From: a virus
Lineage: Duplodnaviria > Caudoviricetes
Reading direction: 5' to 3' (one strand)
IMG/VR virus record: IMGVR_UViG_3300001528_000208
Coordinates: 1-64,000 of that record
DNA: 64,000 nucleotides
Under the pieces are notes generated by a model that did not search any database, had not been told where the DNA came from, and worked only from the letters and a program-made list of their open reading frames with translations. The number at the start of each line of letters is the position of its first letter. Position 1 is the stretch's first letter. The position numbers and the translations under genes were made by a program. Of the stretch, positions 20,671 to 30,200 are shown one piece after another.

Positions 20671-21336
20671 ATGGCTACAAGCTTTCTTGAAGTTTATAAA
20701 GCCAACAACCTGATAAAGAATGACCCAAGGCTCAAGAATTTAGATGGTTGCGAATTAAACACCATTCGTTTTGGCTATCTAAAGTTTGCGATTTCGTACT
20801 TTATGTACGATTGCAGGAAAGACCTTTCTAATAAGACCGATCCCGAAACCAACGTATACGTATTTGAATGCGACGGCAAGGAAGATGAATTTATTCTGGA
20901 ACCTGCGCCGCCTGCTGGTTCTGAATATGTTTGCTGGTATATCGAAGACGAAGAAAAGATGGATATGACGCCATCTTCTTCTTTTGATGGGACGACCGTC
21001 AAGCTGGATTTTGTTCCAGAAGCCGGTTCTGGTCTTATTATCAAGGCATACACTTATGGCGAATTCAATGCGGATTTGGATGTTCGCGAAATCAACATTC
21101 TTGCGGAAGGCATGAATGTTCCTTACATTTCCGAATCGAAGAATGATGAAAACGCCATGAAGTATATTGTTACGGGTAAATCGCTTCGTTTCTTCTCGCA
21201 GGCGAACCACCTTACCGCCCAGAATGAAAACTGGGAAAACCAAAAGTATCATATGGTCGATTCTCTTATTTCTGAATACAGCTATAAGGGAAGCGAAGAT
21301 AACTATATGGGCTTGTCTGGCAGGGGTGGTACTTGA
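20671..21336 (+). CDS. head-tail adaptor-like protein
   Basis: F+ADLD..EINILA..M and FSQANHL motifs, position. Confidence 0.6.
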   Translation: MATSFLEVYKANNLIKNDPRLKNLDGCELNTIRFGYLKFAISYFMYDCRKDLSNKTDPETNVYVFECDGKEDEFILEPAPPAGSEYVCWYIEDEEKMDMTPSSSFDGTTVKLDFVPEAGSGLIIKAYTYGEFNADLDVREINILAEGMNVPYISESKNDENAMKYIVTGKSLRFFSQANHLTAQNENWENQKYHMVDSLISEYSYKGSEDNYMGLSGRGGT

Positions 21337-22670
21337 TGGCACTGAAACCTAAATCCCACAGCAATGTGGATGGTTGCTACGCAAGCATTGGAAGAAACGG
21401 CTTTGAAGAAACCGTAATTGATAATCTGAAAGATACATTTGAAATCAGTCCAGATTATAAACCAATCTTCATTGTTCATGATTCGTCCAAACACCAAGAC
21501 TTTCTTCATGAGTTAGACCATAGTAAATCCTATGGCTTGCCAAAGTATAAGGCTTGGATTTATGATGGTACAGAAGAAGAACAGATTGTTGGACATAAGT
21601 ATGTTCAGATGTATCCGTATGGTGAACCTATTCTACAGCAGGGCGATTACATCACGTTCGACTACCATGACGAAAATCTTAGAAGTGTATGGCTGTGTCT
21701 TGCACTTGATTCTTCTACGCTGTATCAGCAGAAGGGTAAGATTCGCAGATGCACCAACGAAATTCGCTTTTATAACAACCATGGTGAACTGATTAAAATT
21801 CCCTGCGTTTTTGACGATAAAATCAACAGTGAAAAAGACATTGCGCTGACTGGATTGAAGTATATCAACGGTATTACAACGTTGTATATGCAGGACAATT
21901 CAGATTCAGAACAGTTAAGACCCAACCAGAGACTTCTGTTTGGTAGACCCGGAATGTGGACTGCTTTTAAGATTGTTTCGGTTGGTGTAAATAACTTTAT
22001 GAATGAAATCTATTGGGATAATACAACCGCCGGTCTTGTTGAGGTTACAATGGAAGCGTCTTATGTTAATTATGATACGGACGACCTTGTAAACGGAATT
22101 GCAGACGCCAACACCTATTCCATCAAGCTTGACGTGGGTGATATTTCTGCGTCTGTTGGTGACAGTTTCGTGCTTAATGCAACTGTTTTGAAAAACGGGA
22201 AAGAAATTGTTGATAGACCTGTTGTGTGGTATACCAGCGATGAAGATGTCGCGACTGTTGATGGCGGTATTGTCAATGTGTTGAAAAATGGATTTGTTAC
22301 TATTTCGGCTTGTCTTGATGCAAACCGCGAAGTGAAAGATTCCATTGCTATAAATGTTCCTGCCATTGCTAATGACGTATATACGGTTGTCGTATACCCG
22401 TATGCTGAAAGCAGCTATGGGATTCTGCAAGGCGACACGGTTAAGTTCGACTGCTATTTGTATAAGAATGGTTTTGTTGAACCTGACGTGTTTGACTTTG
22501 CAGTTTCTGACGATACCGATATCCCGTCTGAATGTTATAAGTTTAATGCGGTTGACGGTAATTCGTTTAGCGTCAAGAACATTAGACGCACAGATGGTAC
22601 GTTGTGTATTGTTTGCAGGAGCGGCGAACATGAATTCGTTGCTAATATTAAATTGAAGGGCGCGTGGTGA
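21336..22670 (+). CDS. head closure/neck protein with Ig-like (Big_2) domain
   Basis: VVWYTSDEDVATVDGG.V...G..TI Ig-like motif. Confidence 0.6.
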   Translation: MALKPKSHSNVDGCYASIGRNGFEETVIDNLKDTFEISPDYKPIFIVHDSSKHQDFLHELDHSKSYGLPKYKAWIYDGTEEEQIVGHKYVQMYPYGEPILQQGDYITFDYHDENLRSVWLCLALDSSTLYQQKGKIRRCTNEIRFYNNHGELIKIPCVFDDKINSEKDIALTGLKYINGITTLYMQDNSDSEQLRPNQRLLFGRPGMWTAFKIVSVGVNNFMNEIYWDNTTAGLVEVTMEASYVNYDTDDLVNGIADANTYSIKLDVGDISASVGDSFVLNATVLKNGKEIVDRPVVWYTSDEDVATVDGGIVNVLKNGFVTISACLDANREVKDSIAINVPAIANDVYTVVVYPYAESSYGILQGDTVKFDCYLYKNGFVEPDVFDFAVSDDTDIPSECYKFNAVDGNSFSVKNIRRTDGTLCIVCRSGEHEFVANIKLKGAW

Positions 22671-22673
22671 TAA

Positions 22674-23171
22674 GTGGCTTACTATAAACAGTGGAATTCC
22701 ATTGTCAATAAAGTGTTTGAGCTTATTCGCAACAACGACAAGCTTCTTCGCTATATTAGCAATGCAGCGCCTAATCCGTATGATGAAGTGGCAAGTAGCT
22801 GGTCTGATATTTATTTAAAGAATGTCTTTCCTATGCCGCGCGAAGCGGATTCTGTTGGCGACCAAAAGACGTTTGTGAACGTCTATATGGGTTATTCAAA
22901 TCCGCCCGAAGATAATCCGTACTTTTCTGAAGACTTCCTTTATATTGAAGTCGGTTGCTATCTTGAATGCTGGCCCTTGGAAAATGGCGAAGTCCGCCCA
23001 TATTCTGTGTGTAGCATGATTGATGCGATGATTGACAACAAGACTATCGGTGATATGTCTATCAAGAAAGTGACGCCGCTTAGTACAAAAGTGCTTCGAT
23101 TTGGCGATATGTATTACGGATATCGAATGATTTACAGCCTTAGTAACATGGGTGGTGTGAACTGTGGATAA
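22674..23171 (+). CDS. putative tail terminator/neck protein
   Basis: Position, size and C-terminal YYGYRM.Y. Confidence 0.5.
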   Translation: MAYYKQWNSIVNKVFELIRNNDKLLRYISNAAPNPYDEVASSWSDIYLKNVFPMPREADSVGDQKTFVNVYMGYSNPPEDNPYFSEDFLYIEVGCYLECWPLENGEVRPYSVCSMIDAMIDNKTIGDMSIKKVTPLSTKVLRFGDMYYGYRMIYSLSNMGGVNCG

Positions 23172-23907
23172 TCTTGACCTTCTTCTTGGTAAGCCGCTTG
23201 TGCTTGGTGATTTGACGGTCAGACATCCAAAGATTAGCGATGTGATTGAACTTGGCGAAAGCTTTGTTTTTTCAGCTATAAATGTTTTTACACTAAAGCC
23301 GTCAGACCTAATGGTTGAACTGTATGACAGCGGAATTGATTATAGAAACGCGAAGCCTTACGACGTGTTTATAATGCTTTGCGGTGAAACCCTTTCAAGA
23401 TGCGATGGTGGCGTCAAATGGAATGAAGATAGCCAGATTAGCAAGCAGATTGGCTGGCTTACTGGCGTTTCTGATTTCATGTTGACTGCAAGCGGGGAAA
23501 ATTTCTTGCTGTATAGTCCATCAACGAATCTTAAAATAGATATCGGCGTTTATACGCAGATTCGAAAATATTTTATGGATATGAACAATAAGTCTGAAAA
23601 GGACGAATACAACCCCGGCAATGATACCACGATGAAGTTTTTGGTAGAACAAGAAAGAAAGAAACGCAAACGCGAAGCAAAGCGTGGGCACAAAAGCTTT
23701 CTTGCCCCACAAATTTCCAGCCTTGTGTGGGCTTCTGGAAGAAGCTTTGATGATATTTGCAGGCTATATTTGTATCAATTCTTTGATGGACTGTTGCGTA
23801 TCAATAAAATAAAGTCCTATGACAATGTGTGTTTTGGATATTATTCTGGAAACATTGAAACATCCAGTTTCAACAAGATAAAGGAATCGTTGAATTGGAT
23901 GACCTAA
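23164..23907 (+). CDS. tail-associated hypothetical protein
   Basis: LYQF.D...RI..I...G.YSG motif seen in SPbeta-like tail modules. Confidence 0.55.
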   Translation: MDNLDLLLGKPLVLGDLTVRHPKISDVIELGESFVFSAINVFTLKPSDLMVELYDSGIDYRNAKPYDVFIMLCGETLSRCDGGVKWNEDSQISKQIGWLTGVSDFMLTASGENFLLYSPSTNLKIDIGVYTQIRKYFMDMNNKSEKDEYNPGNDTTMKFLVEQERKKRKREAKRGHKSFLAPQISSLVWASGRSFDDICRLYLYQFFDGLLRINKIKSYDNVCFGYYSGNIETSSFNKIKESLNWMT

Positions 23908-23921
23908 TCTTTTAAGGAGGA

Positions 23922-24749
23922 ATGATTAAGTTGGCTATTGATACTTCTAAGTTTGCTGTTCAGCAGATTTTCGTTGTTGATGCCTTCGACCTCGACGACG
24001 GTTCCCTTATCACCAGATTCGAGGACCTGAAGAACTCTACCCTTTCCAACAATGGCACTGTCGTTTACGCGCAGGGCGGTGTTGGCAACCCCAAAATCAT
24101 CGGCTTCAGCCACTCCAAGGAGTCCCAGCTTTCTATCGAAAGCGCCGTCATTACCGAGGGTGCTATCGGTATCCAGACTGGTTCCGGTGTGACTTCCCTG
24201 ACCGATACTACGCTTGTTCCGTTCGACGAGGTTCTTACTATCGCTGGTAAGGCTGACGAGGTTGTTACGACCTATACTGCCAAGGGTGATGCTGGTTCCG
24301 AGATTGGCTTTGCTTATCTTCTGAACGAGGATGGCACTGTTGCCAAGACCTTTGAACAGGCCGGTTCTGTTGCCGCTGGCAAGTTCACCTATGCTTCCGC
24401 CACCAAGACCCTTGCGTTCAATGCTGGCGAAGCTCCCATTGGCAGCAAGATTCTTGTTGTCTATCATCCTACTATTTCCGCTGCCAAGCAGATTACCAAC
24501 TCTACCGAGACCTTTGCTAAGAATGTCCGCCTGAACTGTAAGACCCTGTTCCGCGACACCTGTTCTGGTAAGGATTACGTTGGCGTTCTGGTTATCTACA
24601 AGGCTAAGGCTGGCGAAGAGTGGTCTCTCGAGCTTGCTGCTGATGGCGACCCCGCTGTTCACAGCATCACTTTCGAAGCCCTGAAGTCCTGCGAGTCCCC
24701 TGTCCTGTGGGATATCTTCATTTACGATACCGACGACATTACTGCGTAA
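23922..24749 (+). CDS. major tail tube protein
   Basis: GGVGNP..I.F.HSK and A.GDP motifs; strong codon bias. Confidence 0.75.
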   Translation: MIKLAIDTSKFAVQQIFVVDAFDLDDGSLITRFEDLKNSTLSNNGTVVYAQGGVGNPKIIGFSHSKESQLSIESAVITEGAIGIQTGSGVTSLTDTTLVPFDEVLTIAGKADEVVTTYTAKGDAGSEIGFAYLLNEDGTVAKTFEQAGSVAAGKFTYASATKTLAFNAGEAPIGSKILVVYHPTISAAKQITNSTETFAKNVRLNCKTLFRDTCSGKDYVGVLVIYKAKAGEEWSLELAADGDPAVHSITFEALKSCESPVLWDIFIYDTDDITA

Positions 24750-24764
24750 GGGAGATTCTTTTTT

Positions 24765-24986
24765 ATGAAACCTCTTTTTACTGTTGCACGAAAGTCTGAT
24801 GGCAAAACCGACTATATCTACAGTTTTAATTTTAAGACTGGCGAGTTCTACGGTGGCGCCGACGTCTATTCGTATGACGACGTAGACTATTTCATCGGTC
24901 TTCCCGCTGAATTTTTGAAGGTTTTGTTTATCAAGCCTGAAAAGGTGAAGAAGGAAAACGAATCCGAACCCATTGTGGTCGATTGA
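24765..24986 (+). CDS. hypothetical protein
   Basis: RBS plus ORF, followed by hairpin. Confidence 0.55.
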   Translation: MKPLFTVARKSDGKTDYIYSFNFKTGEFYGGADVYSYDDVDYFIGLPAEFLKVLFIKPEKVKKENESEPIVVD

Positions 24987-24990
24987 TATG

Positions 24991-25015
24991 GTGGGGCTTT
25001 AATGCCCCACCTTTC
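24991..25015 (+). terminator. probable intrinsic terminator
   Basis: GGTGGGGC-TTTAAT-GCCCCACC-TTT. Confidence 0.65.
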
Positions 25016-25019
25016 ATAT

Positions 25020-25079
25020 AGGGAAGTAGTTTAAGAAGAACATTTTTATAAAGATTCCGGTGCAAGACCGGATTTCCCT
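25020..25079 (+). ncRNA. tRNA-like element with collapsed anticodon arm
   Basis: Acceptor AGGGAAG/TTTCCCT, T8A9, D stem GTTT/GAAC, T arm TCCGG-TGCAAGA-CCGGA; only about 14 AT-rich nt replace the anticodon and variable arms. Confidence 0.6.
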
Positions 25080-25151
25080 TGTTGCAAACGAATGTAAGTC
25101 CGCTTATATTCGCCTTATATCAATTAGACAGAATGATAGGTGGGAATTCGT

Positions 25152-25577
25152 ATGGACGAGATTGCTATGCTTGAAAAGCGCCAAGACGAATTTGATTCTC
25201 GTCTTAGGCATACTGAAATTGCGTTGGAACGTAACAATGTTCTGACTGAAAGAAATACTAAGGTTTCCGAACAGTTTTCGGAAACCCTTTCTGCCATCAA
25301 AGATACGATGGTGGAAATTTCGGCAGCAACGGCTGAAAATAGCCGTGTTGTTTCTGAGCTGACCGAAAACGTAGGCGCACTTACAGCTAAAATTAACGAC
25401 GTCGATGGGAAGGTTGACGGCGTTCGTTCCGATATGGAAGCAAGACTTCACGATGCCGACGAAAAGAACAAGATTGATATGCGCGACATTGGCAGGCGTA
25501 TTCTTACAGATTGCCTGATTGGTGGCGGCTTCTTCGGTCTTTTATACTATTTGTTTTTAAACGGTATGGCAAGATGA
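25152..25577 (+). CDS. coiled-coil protein with C-terminal TM helix (XhlA/holin-like)
   Basis: Heptad region then LIGGGFFGLLYYLFL. Confidence 0.55.
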   Translation: MDEIAMLEKRQDEFDSRLRHTEIALERNNVLTERNTKVSEQFSETLSAIKDTMVEISAATAENSRVVSELTENVGALTAKINDVDGKVDGVRSDMEARLHDADEKNKIDMRDIGRRILTDCLIGGGFFGLLYYLFLNGMAR

Positions 25578-26080
25578 TTATTGTTGGGCTTGACCTAAGT
25601 ACCACAAGCACGGGGTTTTCTGTTTATCAGGACGGCGAACTTGTGAATCACGGTCGTTTTAGGTCTGATAAGAAGAATGCGTTTGACAGAATTGACGAAA
25701 TTTATCATATGGTTGGCGACCTATTTCGCGCTTATGATATTGATGTTGTTTTTGTTGAAGATGTTCCGCTTTCAAGTGCTATGAATAAGCGCATCTGCGA
25801 ATTGCTTCTACTGTTGCAGGGAACCGTTTACAGTCTTTGCATCAACAATGATTGTGCGTTCTACCAGATGGAACCGTCTGAATGGCGCAGGCTTGCTGGC
25901 GTTAAGCCCGAAAAGCCAAGACGCGAATTCCAGAAGAGGGCGGCAATCGAACTTGTAAACGAACTACACGGACTAAATTTTAGCTGGATTGACGACAAGT
26001 ACGACAAGACTACTGGCGACAGTGACGAAGCGGAAGGAATCCTAATCGGACTTGCCGGTATTAAACTTTTAAACAAGTAA
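25574..26080 (+). CDS. RuvC-like Holliday junction resolvase
   Basis: IVGLDLSTTSTG, VFVEDV, PSEWR, DEAEGILIG. Confidence 0.85.
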   Translation: MIIVGLDLSTTSTGFSVYQDGELVNHGRFRSDKKNAFDRIDEIYHMVGDLFRAYDIDVVFVEDVPLSSAMNKRICELLLLLQGTVYSLCINNDCAFYQMEPSEWRRLAGVKPEKPRREFQKRAAIELVNELHGLNFSWIDDKYDKTTGDSDEAEGILIGLAGIKLLNK

Positions 26081-26092
26081 GGGGTTTGTTTT

Positions 26093-26602
26093 ATGAAATT
26101 AAGTGAAATGTTTGAAGCCTTTACACATGAAGACGCGAAGACTCTTAATGATATTAAGATTTCGCGCTATATGCCAATCGCCACAAAGGTTGACCTTATC
26201 AATTCTTGCGACAAGAAGTTTGCTGCGGCTGAACTTGATATTAGCAACACAACGGCAATCGCAAAGATGAAGGAATTGGCAAAATTCTTTGATTTAATGC
26301 TTGCTTATGTCGATATTGAAGTTGACGACAAAAGCGAAGAAATGTATGACCGCTGTATGGCGGCAAATTTTGACTTGTTCATCAAGCACTATGTGAAGAA
26401 CGACTATGACCGTCTTTGCAGGATGTTTGACGAAGCTTTTGATACGGGAGATTCTGCAATGCTTCGTAAGGTGCTTTTGGATGTTGGTACGACCGACATG
26501 GCGAAAGACCTTGAAGAGTCGATGAAAATTCTTGGTGAAAACAAGGATGTAATTAAAAATTTGAACCATATTATTGGTTACAATGAGGGGGCTGTGCGTT
26601 AA
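26093..26602 (+). CDS. putative tail assembly chaperone
   Basis: Position before tape measure; I.RYMP...K motif. Confidence 0.45.
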   Translation: MKLSEMFEAFTHEDAKTLNDIKISRYMPIATKVDLINSCDKKFAAAELDISNTTAIAKMKELAKFFDLMLAYVDIEVDDKSEEMYDRCMAANFDLFIKHYVKNDYDRLCRMFDEAFDTGDSAMLRKVLLDVGTTDMAKDLEESMKILGENKDVIKNLNHIIGYNEGAVR

Positions 26603-26649
26603 GCGCAGCCTTCTTTTTGTCATTTTTGTAGGCTGGGTGGTGAATCCTT

Positions 26650-27228
26650 ATGGCTGGTGGAAGCGGAAGATGGAATCAGTTTGGCAAGTTCTTTACCAAT
26701 GCTGATGAGCTTCAAAAGATTATGCAAAAGGGTTGCAAGGGTTCTGTCACCGAACTGACAAAGGTCGCGGCGCGTAAATTGTATGAAAATGTTGGTGAAG
26801 CGTTTGGACCAACTGCGCCATGGTATTTGAAGTATAAGGGACAAGGTAATCCTGCGTATAGACGTGCTGGATATATTCAGCGTCTTATTATGACAGAAAA
26901 GACGGAAGGAATCGAAGACGGATATTCGAACATGGTCTACTTTTCAGAAGATAAGATGTATAATTATGCAACTGAAAAGACCCATGAATACCTTGGTCGA
27001 TATACCGATGTTGATGGGAATGTCGTTGATATGCCAGACTTTATTGAAGCACTTGAAGATGGAACCGATATTGGCGGAAGGCTTCATAAGATGTCTCGTT
27101 ATGGGGCGCACTTCCTTAAAAGAACGGCGGAAGATATTGATGCCTTTATTTCCGGTAGCGGAATGGATTTTGTAGTTGGAAGCGAATTTGGTTCGCTTGG
27201 TGGACTTCAGATTGAAAGATATAAGTGA
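26650..27228 (+). CDS. tail completion-like protein
   Basis: Y.R.G and HFLKRT motifs; directly upstream of TMP. Confidence 0.45.
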   Translation: MAGGSGRWNQFGKFFTNADELQKIMQKGCKGSVTELTKVAARKLYENVGEAFGPTAPWYLKYKGQGNPAYRRAGYIQRLIMTEKTEGIEDGYSNMVYFSEDKMYNYATEKTHEYLGRYTDVDGNVVDMPDFIEALEDGTDIGGRLHKMSRYGAHFLKRTAEDIDAFISGSGMDFVVGSEFGSLGGLQIERYK

Positions 27229-27239
27229 GGTGAACGCAT

Positions 27240-30200
27240 TTGCCGGATTTTGAACTTAGATTTGTAGCGGTTCCTGAAATTAAACAGGACGCTGATAAAG
27301 ACCTTCGAAAGCAATGGGAACAGCGTTTCCAAAAGCTTGTTGTTGGTAGGGTGGAAGTAAATGCGGAAATCCCCCAACAGACCTTAACAAAATTACGTAA
27401 TCAGTACGCGCAGATTACAAACCAGATGGGGCAGTCTACTGCCGCCGTTGGACGCGATATTGAAGCCCTTGCCGAAAAGTATGGTAAGGCGTTCGATATG
27501 ACTGGCGTCGCCAGTAAATTTAATATTGATATTACAAAGGCTACGCAAGAACATCTTGCGCAAGTCCGTGGACTTGAAAGCGAATATGTCAATCTTAAAA
27601 CAAAAATGCGCGATGCGTCCCAAACGCTTGTTGGTACGGCGGCTGAAAAGGAAATAGACCGCCTTGAAAAAGATATACAAAAACTTGGTATAGAAATTAA
27701 AAAGACATTCAGCCCAGATGAACTTGAACATTTTAATCGCACAATGGGACAACTTGGCGGCAAGGGCGCCGGTCAAGTTGTTGGCATTCAGGAATACGCG
27801 GATTCTATATCTGGATTAAGAACTCGAATTGTTGAACTCACCGGCGAGGGCGAACGCCTCGTTCGTGTAACACAACAGTGGGATGGAAAACAGTGGATAA
27901 ACGTATCTACGCAGATTCAGGATAGAACACAAAAACTTACTTCTGAATATAAGAAGCTTAATTCGCAAGTAAAGACGTTTGATGCACGTTATAAACTGTC
28001 AACTAATGCAAGTTCCTATATGCAGGAATGGCGCAGTTTTGTGCAGCAACTTGAAAACTTCAATGCCGATGCGCCAGATGCGCGTGCCAAACTTGATAAT
28101 CTTTCACAGTCTTTTGCTGAATTTAAGGGAAAGATTAGTCGTGCAAGGGACGATTTAAGCCTTTATAGAGACCAGCTTAAAGATGTGCGCGAAGCGGAAG
28201 TCGCACTGAAGACCGCACAGCTTGAAAAGGCTGGCGTCAGGGACGATGAAATTATCGGACTTGAACAACTAAGGGATGCGAAACGTGACGAAGCAGAAGA
28301 AACCCGCCGTTCCCTTATGGAAACGGATAAGGCGACTGCCGCAAATGCGTTGTATGTTAAAAGTGAGGACCAGTTAGAAAAACAGTTGCGTGATACAGAA
28401 AAAGAATGGAAAAAGAAAAACAGCCTTCTTAGCAATATCGTTGCTGGTTATCAAGACGCCATTGCGCGCGTTGTAAACTATACTTCTGTTTACCGCGTGA
28501 TGTGGCTTGCTGTTTCGAAATTTAAGGAATCCGTTCAGATTGCGCAAGATTTGAATAAGGCGTTCACAAGTATTGAAATGGTGACACTTGGAACAGCCGA
28601 AGCGACGGAAAAATTGCGTAAAGAATACGCCGATTTAGCTGTTGAAATGTCTGGCACGGTAACACAGGTTGCTTCTGCGGCTGACGAGTGGTTGCGTCAG
28701 GGTAAGACTGCGCAGGAAACAACAGAACTTATTCGTGCATCTATGGTCATGTCGCGTATTGGCGCGATTGAATCGGCTGAAGCGACAACGTATTTGACAT
28801 CTGTTTTGAATGGTTACGAAATTGCTACGGAAGACGTAATGCACGTCGTGGACGCCATGTCTCAAGTTGATATTGAATCCGCATCCAGTGTTGACGACTT
28901 GGCGATTGCGCTTCAGCGTTCGTCCGCAACGGCACAACAGGCGGGCGTATCGTTTGAACGTCTTCTTGGTTATGTTGCCGCTGTTCGTGAAACAACGCAA
29001 CGTTCTGCGTCTGTTATCGGCGAAGCCATGAAGAGTATTTTAAGTAGAATGGGGTCTGTTAAGGCTGGAACGTTCTTGTCAGAAGACCTTGAGAGTGAAT
29101 ATACAGACATTTCAATATACGTCAACGATGTTGAAAAAGTTTTGTCTAAAGTTGGTATTAGATTGCGTGACACAAATAAAGATTTCCGTGATGCGCAAGA
29201 CATCCTTGATGATGTTGCAAAAAGTTGGGCTACATACGACGACTTAACCAAACAAGCCCTTGCGACCGCCATTGCGGGTAAACGAAGCCTTGTGCTCGAA
29301 CATATAGTAATATATGAACCGGCGGTATATAAATTGGTTAGAACCTACTCAAATCGGTGAAGTTCCAGAAGTGGATAATACCGAGAATGATTAAAATACT
29401 TGACAAATCCTTCTTTTTGTGATATAATATATCAAATGAAGGAGGAATATTATGTTATTAACAAAAACTGCTAAAATAAGAATTGGTGGAAACAACAAAA
29501 AATACTATGAAAGCGTTGGTATTGTTGGTAAAATAGGCGACTATGTTGAAATTCCTGTTGAATTGTTGACCAAGGGTAGCGAATATAGGATTGATTATGT
29601 TTGCGACAACTGTGGGAAAACGTTCAATATATCAATGTATGATTATAGGCAAAAGCCAAGAACCGACGGGAAAGACTATTGTCCAAACTGTAAAATTATT
29701 GCGATAGAAAAGACGTGTGTTGAAAAATATGGAACATCGTGCGCCTTGGGAAATGAAGATATTCGTAAAAAGGCATTGAAAACAATAAGAGAAAAATACG
29801 GCGTTGACAATGTTATGGCACTTAATGAAACGAAAGAAAAGATTAAAAACACAAACCTTGAACGATATGGGACAGAAAATGCGATGCAAAATGAAGATGT
29901 AAAATCCAAAATGCAAAACACATATCGTGAACGATATGCTGATAACAATATACCCCATAAAAAAAGAACGGAAACTATTATTCAAAAATATGGCGTTGAT
30001 AATATTATGAAGGTGCCGGAATTTGTAGAAATTGTTCAAAGGAAACTTAATGAAAAAAGCGAAGAAGAAAAAGAAGCAATAAAACAAAAGCGGAAAGAAA
30101 CAAATATAGAAAGATTTGGTGTCGATTGCACTTTCAGGGTAGAAGGATTTTTTGAAGGGTGTCATATAAAATATCATCAGCGACCAGATTGTCCAACATC

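Noticed and set aside
25020-25079. Functional tRNA gene
   Set aside because: No proper anticodon stem-loop; recorded as tRNA-like only.
29280-29285. Alternative splice giving IAGKR|QRENF with a canonical terminal G
   Set aside because: It needs a 5' splice site after A; the IGS pairing supports GGT|ACA. Not fully excluded without cDNA.
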